Origin: an uncultured virus (IMG/VR IMGVR_UViG_3300034102_001587)
Taxonomy: Duplodnaviria; Heunggongvirae; Uroviricota; Caudoviricetes
Length of the DNA: 64,000 nt
Strand: one strand, 5' to 3'
Virus record (IMG/VR): IMGVR_UViG_3300034102_001587
Coordinates: 62,001 to 126,000 of that record
Made by a program: the position numbers and the translations under genes. Positions 1 to 11,100 of the stretch are shown here, one piece after another. The notes under the pieces are model-generated. The model was not told where the DNA came from. It did not search any database and saw nothing but the letters and a program-made list of their open reading frames with translations. Position 1 is the stretch's first letter, and every line of letters starts with the position of its first letter.

Positions 1-1
1 C

Positions 2-295
2 ACAGCAATTATTCAAAGAGATGATACAACAGCAAACTACGAAGGATTTGGTGTTGATGCTAATCAAAATGTAGAATTTCGTTTTAATAGATTTACATTA
101 AAAGATAAGGGATTCTATCCGGAAGTTGGTGATATTATTTTTCATAATGAGGCGTATTTTGAAATTGATAATGTAACTGAAGATTTTTTAATTGGTGGTA
201 GGGTTGAAACAGGAGATGGTGAAAAGTTCTCTATCACATGTTCTACATTTATGACTAGAAGAAGTAGTATTCAAACTGAAATGAGAGTGGTATAA
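2..295 (+). CDS. Neck/head-closure protein (T4 gp14-like), 5'-truncated by the window edge
   Basis: Open frame from nt 2 (TAIIQRDD...GFYPEVGDIIFHNEAYFEIDNV...EMRVV*). Its TAA overlaps the next ATG (TAATG). The PEVGDII motif and position upstream of a gp15-like gene fit a neck protein. Not in the ORF track. Confidence 0.55.
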   Translation, partial: TAIIQRDDTTANYEGFGVDANQNVEFRFNRFTLKDKGFYPEVGDIIFHNEAYFEIDNVTEDFLIGGRVETGDGEKFSITCSTFMTRRSSIQTEMRVV

Positions 296-1356
296 TGGAT
301 AAAAAACAAACAAATAGAGCCAAACAACTACCAATACAAAAGGAGTTCATAAAAGGTGTAAAACTTATTGATGTTGATACTGCTATTGCCGAATATATGG
401 GGGATGTGGTAATACCTGATTTGGAAGAAAATGAAAAGGTTGTAAGAGTTCCTCTTGTGTATGGTAATGCTGAACGATGGGCAGGTGCTAGAAAAGAAGG
501 ATACTTAAGAGACCAAAGAGGTAAAATACAAATTCCTTTGGTAATGTTCAAAAGAAATTCAATTGAAAGAAATGAGTCTCTTGCAAACTTTAGAGAAGTA
601 AATACAATTGGTACTTATAAAAAATATTCTCCAAAAAATAGATACGAAAGATTTAGTTTACAAAATGGAGTAACACCTGCTTATGAATTGTATAGTATAA
701 CTGTACCTGATTATGTAACAATTACATATGAAGTAATGATTTGGACTTCTTTTACCGAACATATGAATAAAATAGTTGAAGCATTCCAATTTGCAACAGG
801 AAGATATTGGGGTAAAGAAGATGGATTCAAATTTAAAGCACAAATTGATTCATTTGAAAATCAGCAAGAAGTTGGACAGGGTTCTGAAAGAGTAATTCGT
901 ACAACGTTTACTATGGTTGTAAACGCTTACTTATTGCCTGAAAGATATAATGAAAAACCTACAATTAAAAAATCATATAGTCCAAAAAGAGTTGTGTTTG
1001 GTGTTGAAACTGATTTAACAGGAAACTTATTTACACAACCATCTCTTTATAATGAATATGCAGATATAATTGATTTTGTTGCAATCAGAGGTTCTCAATT
1101 AGCAGAATTTGTAACAGCAAATACTGCTAGATTAACAAATGTTAGAATACCAATTCTACCACCTGTTTTAGCAGAATCTTTTGATGTTTTAAATTGGTTT
1201 AGAATTTATATAAATGGAGATTTTATTTCTCCTGATAAATACACATATACTTTTGATGGAGTAGCTAATCAATTATTATTTACTTTTACTGGATTAGCAT
1301 TTGTATTAGATGATAATGATGAAATTGCAATAACAGGAAAATTCCAACAATTATAA
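295..1356 (+). CDS. Tail terminator / tail-sheath stabiliser (T4 gp15-like) with an extra C-terminal beta domain
   Basis: 353-aa ORF. VPLVYGNAERW and VPDYVTITYEVMIWT...MNKIVE segments resemble gp15-type tail-completion proteins; located in the neck module. Confidence 0.6.
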   Translation: MDKKQTNRAKQLPIQKEFIKGVKLIDVDTAIAEYMGDVVIPDLEENEKVVRVPLVYGNAERWAGARKEGYLRDQRGKIQIPLVMFKRNSIERNESLANFREVNTIGTYKKYSPKNRYERFSLQNGVTPAYELYSITVPDYVTITYEVMIWTSFTEHMNKIVEAFQFATGRYWGKEDGFKFKAQIDSFENQQEVGQGSERVIRTTFTMVVNAYLLPERYNEKPTIKKSYSPKRVVFGVETDLTGNLFTQPSLYNEYADIIDFVAIRGSQLAEFVTANTARLTNVRIPILPPVLAESFDVLNWFRIYINGDFISPDKYTYTFDGVANQLLFTFTGLAFVLDDNDEIAITGKFQQL

Positions 1357-1357
1357 T

Positions 1358-1726
1358 ATGAATATAAGACAATTAAAAAATATTATGAAAGAGGTTAATG
1401 CACCAAATGAGTTCGTTGCAGAACCATTTGATTTGCAACATCCTAATTTTTGGATTTTCAAAATAGAAAATGTAAGAATAAAAACTTTATTTTCAAAATT
1501 AGAAGAATTTAGAAAACCAATTGCAAGATTTGATGTATTTGTAAATGGATTATTTATAAGAGAAGAAGATTATTATTTTCAAAATATAAATAATGATTTT
1601 TATATAAAATTTAAGAGAGAAAAATTTCCTGAATTTGACCGTTTTGGAAACCCATATATAATTGATGAAACCGATGAGGTTAAAATAAATGGAGATGTTG
1701 AAAATATAGATAATACTGATTTATGA
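1358..1726 (+). CDS. Hypothetical virion protein
   Basis: 122-aa ORF tightly packed in the operon; shares an F-x-V-x-x-NG...DE(V/I)xIxG motif with its neighbours. Confidence 0.7.
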   Translation: MNIRQLKNIMKEVNAPNEFVAEPFDLQHPNFWIFKIENVRIKTLFSKLEEFRKPIARFDVFVNGLFIREEDYYFQNINNDFYIKFKREKFPEFDRFGNPYIIDETDEVKINGDVENIDNTDL

Positions 1727-2109
1727 ATAGAACAACACCAAATATAGAATTAGGAACTACTCTTAAAAAAAGAGATAGAATGGATTTTAAATCATTTGTA
1801 ACTGGTGTAGTTACTGATACATTTATTTATCAATTTAATCCAAATGCAATTAGTTTAGATGAAACTGGAGAATTATTTACACTTTCTTTATTTAATAAGA
1901 GATTTATAGTAGATAATTTACAAGTAGATAAAGTGAAGGATTATATTGATGTATATTTATTTGGAGTTAAACAGCCACAAAACCGATATGATGTCAGTTT
2001 TGGGAATAATAATATAATTGTTACATTTAATCAAGCTATTACAAGAGTTCCGGCCGATGTATTAGTTAGCAATTTTGAAATAAAAGGTAAAATAGCAGAA
2101 GTAGTATAA
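1723..2109 (+). CDS. Hypothetical virion protein
   Basis: 128-aa ORF; ATGA overlap with the upstream gene and TAATG overlap with the downstream gene. Confidence 0.7.
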   Translation: MNRTTPNIELGTTLKKRDRMDFKSFVTGVVTDTFIYQFNPNAISLDETGELFTLSLFNKRFIVDNLQVDKVKDYIDVYLFGVKQPQNRYDVSFGNNNIIVTFNQAITRVPADVLVSNFEIKGKIAEVV

Positions 2110-5100
2110 TGGCAAGACTGATACCTCGTAAACAGATTGAAGAACAACAGGATATAAGTGGTTCGCTGACGGTTAGACAAGATTTAATTGTTGGTGGAAG
2201 TATTTTTTCTAGTGGTTCTATACAAATAGATAATGATTTCTTTTTAGGCGATTCGTTGAATGATAAAGGAGAAATTACAGGTTCAGTATTTGTAACAGGT
2301 TCAATGACTATTGATGGTAATTTTTCAATAGTTGGTGATAATACTTTAAATGTAACTGCTTCCAAATCGCAATTAGCAATTGATACCGAAAGATATGCTG
2401 GTATCCTTGCAAAAGATTTTGGTGCCAACCTACCTACACTTTATGTTTCTTCTACCGATGGTGATGATAATAATGATGGTAGAAGTATTCAATATCCACT
2501 TCGTACAATTAAAAGAGCGGCTGCATTATCGCAACCTGGCTACGATGGTAGATATGGTTTTGATACTGGTTCTATCTATAATGGATATGTAATTAAAGTT
2601 CAAGCGGGAACGTATTTAGAGGACAATCCTGTGATACTTCCTAAGAATACTACAATATGGGGTGCTGGTTTGCGTATTACGAAAATTAATGCTAAGAATC
2701 CCACAGAAGACCTTTTTTGGGTAAACTCTGGATGTTATGTGGCTGAGGTAACTGTTGGTGGATTGAGATTATATCCAGATCAAATAAACCCTGAAAAGGG
2801 GTTTGGATTTGCTTTCCAACCTGGTGCATTTATTACAACTTCACCATACATTCAAAACTGCTCGCAGATTTCTAACCAAGAAAATTCATTTACCGAACTT
2901 TACGAAGATATTCCGCCGGGTGGTGGTGGTTTGTATGTTAATGGTGATGTGATAAATTCTGATTCTCCGTTGGCTTCAATGGTATTGGATGCTTATACGC
3001 AGATTTCTCCAAACGGTGTAGGGTGTTTGGTAAATGGTAGAGGATTCATTCAGTTGGTATCTTTCTTTAATAACTTCTCATATTATGCAATTAGAGTAAA
3101 CAATGGTGGACATGCTACCCTAAACAACTCAAACATTTCGTTTGGTTTATATGGTATGTACGCATCTGGTTCTCGTTTAATTAGTGGTAGTGGTGGTTTT
3201 ATCGAAGGTAGAGATAAAGTAAGACAGGGATGGAGTGTTGTTGTAGATGTATTAAATAAAGGATTAGATGGATTACCAGATGTAACAACACTTAATACGG
3301 TAGAAGGAATTAGAGTTGTACCTACTTCTGTAGCTACGCAATATTATTTAAGTGGAAGTAATGCAGCATCTGCTGATGTAGCAGCTGAAGTTGTTGCTGA
3401 TTATAATTTGGTGAGCGAAATTGTTCAAAATGGTGTAGATAATTATCCTACACTTTTGGCAAAATCATCAATAAAAGGATATGGGTTTACATCTCCGTAC
3501 AATATTTTAGGAGCAACCCAAATTACATCATCACAATCTGCATCTTTAGAAAATTTAAATCATATAAGTGCATCTTATGCGGCTTTATTAAGTATTTTTA
3601 GTGATGGTACTGGTTCTTACATCTATACTTCTTCAAATGAGTATAAGATTAAAATAAGTGATAATAATCCTGAGTATCCAACTTTAGTAGCAAGTAACGC
3701 AATAACTGGAAGTGTATCATCATCTTTTAGTACGGTAATTTCTATATTAAAAACAGGTTTAACACAAATACCAACTTTAGTAACAAATACTAATTCATAC
3801 ATTTACAGAACAGCAGCACCATTTAGTACTGGTATTTCTTCTTCACTATCTACGATAAACGAAGTAAGTGCTAGTTTTAGTACAATATATAATATAATAG
3901 CAAGAGGTACTGGTAGTAATATAGAAACTATACCAAATAATCATCAACAAGAATTTACTGTTACAAATACTAATAGTTCTTCTTATAAATTTATTGATTC
4001 GGAAGATAGCACTATTGGTGAAAATCCTACAATAAAATTATTTAGAGGTTTAACTTATAAATTTTACATAAGTGCATCGGCGGCAGTTGGTGGTATTGAT
4101 TATCCGTTTTGGATAAGAACAGCAAAGGTTGATGGTATTGATAGTAGATACGATTATAATAAAGGAGTAATAAATAATGGAGATAGTGTTGGAACTATTA
4201 CATTTACAGTTCCATATGATGCTCCAAATGATTTGTATTATGTGGCATCCACCAATGATACTTTAGGTGGAGCATTTAGTGTTGTAAATTCATCAACAAC
4301 ACCAAGATATTTAATTGAAAATACTCTAACATATCCAGAAACAATATCGGGAAGTTTAACACCAAGCGAAAATACCGATATAATAAATGCATATGAAATT
4401 TTAACGGGAAGTAAATCTTTTATACAAAATGAAGTAATAAATTATATTAGTTCATCTTGGAGTGAGTTTTATTATAATCAAGAAACTTGTAAAAGAGACG
4501 TTGGATATATTATTGATGCCGTAGCTTTAGATTTATTATATGGTGGTAACGATAGAAGTATAACTGCTGGAAGATTTTATTATGAAATACCATCTCAAGC
4601 AACAAATACTCAAAAATCACAAACATTAGATGGTGTAAAATACGCAGCAAGATTATCGGAAAATTTATTAAAAAATAAAACATTTGTAGAACCTTCCATA
4701 GCTGTATTAGATTCTGTTGAAGCGATTACGGGTAGTAAGCAATTTATTAAAGATGAAGTAATAACATTCCTTTCCTCATCTTGGTCAAACTTTGATTATA
4801 ATGAAGCAAGTTGTAGTAGAGATGTGGGATATATTTTAGATGCGGTGACAACTGACCTTTTATATGGTGGAAACGAAAGAAGTATTGAGGCGGGAACATT
4901 TTATTATTTATATCCATCACAAGCAACTGGTTATCAATTAGACCAAACAACAACTGCTATAAAATATGCTTATGGTTTAGTTGATAATATAATAAAGAAA
5001 AATACTTTAGTATTACCAAGTACATCAAGTAAAGCTGCATACAATTTATTAAAGCAAAATAAAGAATTAATTCAAAACGAAACAATTCAATTTATTAATG

Positions 5101-8100
5101 TTGCATATCCACAATTAACATATAATGAAAGTAAGTGCCGTAGGGATGTTGGATATATTGTAGATGCGGTAGCAACTGACCTTTTATATGGTGGTAATGA
5201 AAGAAGTATTACAGCTGGTAGATATTATTATGATTATCCATCTGTTGCAACATCAATACAAAAAAGAGAAACAATTGGTGGTATAAAATATGCAAAAATA
5301 ATTGGTGATTATATAGCTCAAAATATTTTATTAGATACTCCACGTATAATAACAAATGTTGAAAAGGGAATAAAAATAACAAATCAAATACATTATTCAT
5401 CATCATTCTCTGGTTCAATAACTGAACAAAATTCAATTAGTAGTTCTTTTTCTATTATTGAAGGTGTTATAAAAAGAGGACCTAATAATGTAAATTCAGT
5501 ATTAGCTCAACACAATAATCAAAATTGGAGCTTAACAAATCCAATTAATATAAGTGGTGGAACTCAAATAACATCAACTACATCAAGTGCTAATTTAACT
5601 TCAAGTTTAGAAAGCAAGTTTGGTATAGTAACAACAATAATTAATAGTGGGAGTTCATACTATCCAGCTATAAGTTCTTCTTATAGTTCATCAATAAAAG
5701 TTACGAATAACGGACAATACACAGGTTCAGTAGCAACTTCAGTTGAAGCAACTGCTATAAGTTCATCATTTGCATTAGTATCAAGAATAATATCAAATGG
5801 AACGGGCTCTTTACCATCTATTGTTCTTAACACATCAGCAAGTATTAAAGTTACAAATGCCACTCAATATAGTGGAAGTGGTGCAACTGATACTCAATCT
5901 AGTTTAGTAAGTTCTTCATTCTCAATTGTAACAAAAATAATTGAAGGTGGATTGGGTGTAGTACCAACTATGGTCCTAAATTCAGCAGGAAACGTAAAAG
6001 TAACTTCAACACCACAATATATTTCATCATCATTCTCAGGTTCAAATGTAGAAGCTTTATTGGTTTCCCAATCTATATCTTTAGTATGTGATATTATTTC
6101 TGGCGTAAATCAATATACTAATTCATTATCATTACCAACATCATCTTATGTAGTAGCTTCAAATGATATTAATGTTTATTATGCATATAATTTATTAAAA
6201 CAAAATATCAACTTCATCAAAGATGAAACAATAGCTTATTTATCAGCATCTTGGTATGGGTTTAGTTATGACCAAGAAAAATGTAAAAGAGATGTTGGAT
6301 TAATTGTTAGTGGTGCTGCGGAAGATTTATTGTTCGGCTCATTATCAGCATCGTTAGTAAATGGTAGATTCTATTTAGAATACCCATCTGCAGCAACTGG
6401 TTCTCAATTAAATCAAACAATTGATGGTATTAAGTTTGCAAGTAAATTAGCACAAAAAGTAATTAAAAATACTCAATTAAGTTTACCAACATTTGATGTA
6501 TTAAACGCATCTAATTTATTATTTGAAAATAGACACTTTGTGCAAAGTGAATCTATTGCATATCTATCATCTTCTTGGGGAGAGTTTGAATATAATGACC
6601 AAACTTGTAAGAGAGATATAGGGCATATAATTGATGCAGCAAGAACCGATTTAATTTATGGTGGTAACGAAAGAGCAATAACTGCTGGAAAGTATTATTT
6701 CTTATATCCTTCTGCCGCAACCGGTTCACAATTAATACAAACTTTAGATGGTATAAATTACGCAAGTAAAGTATCTCAAAAAGTTGTAAAAAATATTATT
6801 TTTGAAACAGCAAGTATTAATAAAAGAAACGCTTCGTTCTTATTAGAAAAGAATAAAAACTTTATAGCAAATGAGGTTGTTGCTTATGTATCATCTTCTT
6901 GGAGTACGGTATATTACAATGAAGCAAAGTGTAAGAGAGATGTTAAATATATTATAGATGCTGTAAGAACTGACTTAGTTTATGGCGGTAATGAAAGAAG
7001 TATAACTGCGGGTAAGTTTTACTATATATACCCATCATCAGCAACAATTGGTGGAGTACCATCTGCAACAAATCAATTAGACCCAACTATAACTGGAATA
7101 CATTATGGAAGTGGGTTATCACAAAAAATTGTTTTGGGTGATGTATTTGTTACCGCATCAAATGAAGCTAAAAATGTAAATAACTTATTAAAACAAAATA
7201 GAAGTTTAATAAGAACCGAAACTATTGAATACATAAGAGCATTCTATCCTTATTTACTTTATAATGAAGCAAGTTGTTCTCGTGATGTTGGATTTATTTT
7301 AGATTCGGTTGGTACTGATATTCTCTATGGTGGAAACGAAAGAAGCGCAGCTTCTGGATTGTATTATTATAAATTCCCATCATTAGCAACAACATCTGCA
7401 CAAAAGAAAGAAACTATTGATGCTATAAACTATGTAAAAGAAGTAGCTAAGCGTGTTGTTACTAACGATGTTTTGGATACCGTAACTTTTGAAACAAATA
7501 CAACAAATAATATTAAAGTTGGAAATGTTGCACAATATACATCTTCGTATAGTGCTTCACAATCACAAATATCAAATGTTAGTTCATCATTCTCTTTGGT
7601 TACTCAAATAATTGAAGGTGGGTTAGATGTAATACCAACAAAAGTAACAAATACAAATGCGGCTATCAAAGTAACATCAGAGATAATTGTATCTTCATCA
7701 ATATCTGCTAGTAATTTAGAAGTTGGTAAAACAACATCTTCATTTAATTTAATAAGAGATATAATTTATAACGGAAGTGCATCATTACCTGATTCATTGG
7801 TAAGCAACTTTAATTATGGATTTGAATTAATCCCACCAACATTGTGGCATATATCTTCTATAACTCAAAGTTTGGGAAGTGGAACATATAACACACAAGT
7901 TTCAAATGTAAGTTCATCTTATGCAAATATAATTAATATTGTTAATAATGGAACAGCATCTTTACAAACTTTAGTAGCAAACGCAAGTAGTTCTATAAAA
8001 ACAACATCAGCAGTTTATAACCAATTGGGTAGTGGAAGTACTAATGAAGTAAATAGAATTGTTAATTTATATAATATTGTATTGGATATAATTGAAGATG

Positions 8101-11100
8101 GTATTACAAAAATTCCAACATTAATATCAAATACTTCGGCTTCAATTAAAGTAACTACCACACCGCAAATTATAAGTGGAAGTGGGGCACAAAGATTGCA
8201 AGCTAAATTAATTTCATCATCTTTTGCGTTAGTTGTTGATTTATTACAAAACAATGGTACGAGTTCAATTGAATACATACCAACCTCATCAGCAAATACA
8301 AATTCAAAAGTAACATCAGCTTATAACTTATTATTAGATAATAAGCAAATGATTATAGATGAAACAATTTCTTATATGAGTTCATCTTGGAGTACGTTTG
8401 TTTATGACCAAAGTAAGTGTGAAAGAGATTTGGGATTAATTATTAGTGGAGCAGCTTTTGATTTGATTTACGGAAGTAACTCAGCATCATTGGTAAATGG
8501 TAAATACTATTTCGAATCGGCTTCAGCAGCAACAGGTTCTCAATTAGACCAAACAATCACAGCTATTAAATATGCAAGCGGTATATCTGAAAAAGTTGTA
8601 CAAAATATTGTATTACAACATATATCATCTTCACTACTACAACCGGCATCATCGTCTTGGTCAGCATTAAGAGCAAATAAACATTTCATACAAAGTGAAT
8701 CTATTGCATACCTAAGTTCTTCATGGCAAGGTTTTGATTACAATGAAACAACTTGTAAGAGAGATATTGGATACATTGTTGATGCGGTAGCAACTGACCT
8801 ATTATATGGTGGTAATGAAAGAAGTTTGGTAGCTGGTAGATATTATTATGATTATCCGTCACAAGCTACCGATTCTCAACTAGAACCAACATTAACTGGT
8901 GTAAGATACGCTAAAGGATTATCAAGAATGATTGTGAGTGGTTCATCATTCGTATCACCAGATTCTAATAACCAATACGCTTACAACTTAGTTAAAAATA
9001 ATAAAACATTTATACAGGAAGAAACTGTAGCATTTGTAAACGCTAAGTGGCCTGATTTGGATTATATTGAATCTAAGTGTAAGAGAGATGTAGGATATAT
9101 CGTAGATGCGGTAGCAACTGACCTATTATATGGTGGAAACGAAAGAAGTAATAAAGCTGGTGAGTTCTATTATTTATATCCATCATTGGCAATTACATCT
9201 GAACAAAAGAGTGAAACAACGCAAGCAATTGATTATGCTAGAAGATTAACAGGTGAAATAATAAATAGTAATTTAATATCAACACCGCAAGTAATACCAA
9301 ATGGTTCAGCATCAACTGACCCTAATGTTTTAGCAACTTATGATTTATTGATTAATAACAAACCATTCATACAAGCTGAAACAATAGCATACGTTTCATC
9401 ATCTTGGGTTGGTTTCCAATATAACGAAGCAAGTTGTAGCAGAGATGTTGGGTTTATAATAGATGCAGTAGCAACTGATATACTTTATAGTGGTAATGAA
9501 AGTAGTGCTAATGCTGGTATTGTTTATTTCCTAACAGCATCAGCAGCAACTGGTTCTCAATTAGAGCAAACTGTATCTGCGATTGATTTTGCAAAAGGAT
9601 TAGCTGTAAATGTAATTCAAAATATACAATTTACAACCGCTTCTCAATCAGTTTCAGCATCGGTAGAATTACTTAGAAGAAATAGAGAATTTATTCAAGA
9701 AGAAACAATGCAGTATTTAACTGCTAGTTGGAGTACATTTGATTACAATAAAGAAAAATGTAGACGTGATGTTGGACACATTGTTGATGGTGTAGCAACT
9801 GACCTATTATATGGTGGTAATGAAAGAAGTATTGAGAGTGGTGAGTTTTATTACAAATATCCATCTCAAGCAACAACTACACAACTTAGACAAACAAATG
9901 AAGCAATAGATTTCGCAAGTAGAATTTCACAAAAGATTATTCAAAATATTGTATTCCAAACTGCATCATTAGAAGTATCTGCATCATTTGATTTATTAAG
10001 AAAAAATAAACCATTAATACAGGCAGAAACTATTGCTTATGTATCTTCTTCTTGGAGTACTGTTTATTATAATGAAGCAAGTTGTTCTCGTGATGTTGGA
10101 TACCTAATAGATGCAGCAGCAACTGATTTATTATATGGTGGAAAAGAAAGAAGTGTGACTGCGGGATTATATTATTATTACTTCCCATCAAAAGCAACGG
10201 TAGCTGGTGTTCCATCCGAATCAAATCAATTAGACCCAACTATAACTGGTGTAAAATATGCTGGAAGATTATCAACAAAGATTATAACTAATCCAACATT
10301 TACTTCACCAACTTCATCTTATTTAAATGGAAGAGAATTATTAAGTTTAAATAAAAACTTTATACAAAAAGAAACAATTACATTCTTAAGTTCTTCTTGG
10401 AGTACATTAAAATATAACGAAGTAAGTTGTTCTCGTGATATAGGATTTATCATTGATGCGATAAAAACGGATTTAGTATATGGTGGAAACGAAAGAAGTA
10501 TTGAAGCAGGGTCTTATTATTACAAAATACCATCAGTAGCTATTAAACCATCTTATACTGATAATGGAACAATTGGTCAAAAGAATCAAACTGTAGATGG
10601 AATTAATTACGCAAAAGGTGTAAGTGAAAAAATTGTTCTTCAAACACAATTAACATTCGCAACACAACGAAGAAGACAATCTGTTGAAAGACTAAGAGGG
10701 GCTAAAGATGAATTAAAACAAAGAGCAATTAGTTATACAAATGGAGCATTTCCATATTTAATATATAATGAGGCTAGTTGTTCTCGTGATACCGGACTGA
10801 TTGTAGATGCAGTAGCAACTGACTTATTATATGGTGGAAATGAAAGAAGTGTTGCGGCAGCATCATCTTATTTTAACGGCCAATTTGGAAATGCTGGTGA
10901 GGTTATATTTAAACAAAGACTGGAAACGTTAGAAACTAACCGTTATCTTAGAACAAGAGCTGAATTTATAGCAGCTGGTGCATCATTAGAACCATTTGGT
11001 TCGTTGATTGTGGCAACTGGTATTGACTACTCTTACAATGGTAGTGGTGTTACGTTTAAAGCACTTCCACCAAACCAAGGTGGTAGTGGTGCAGCTAATC

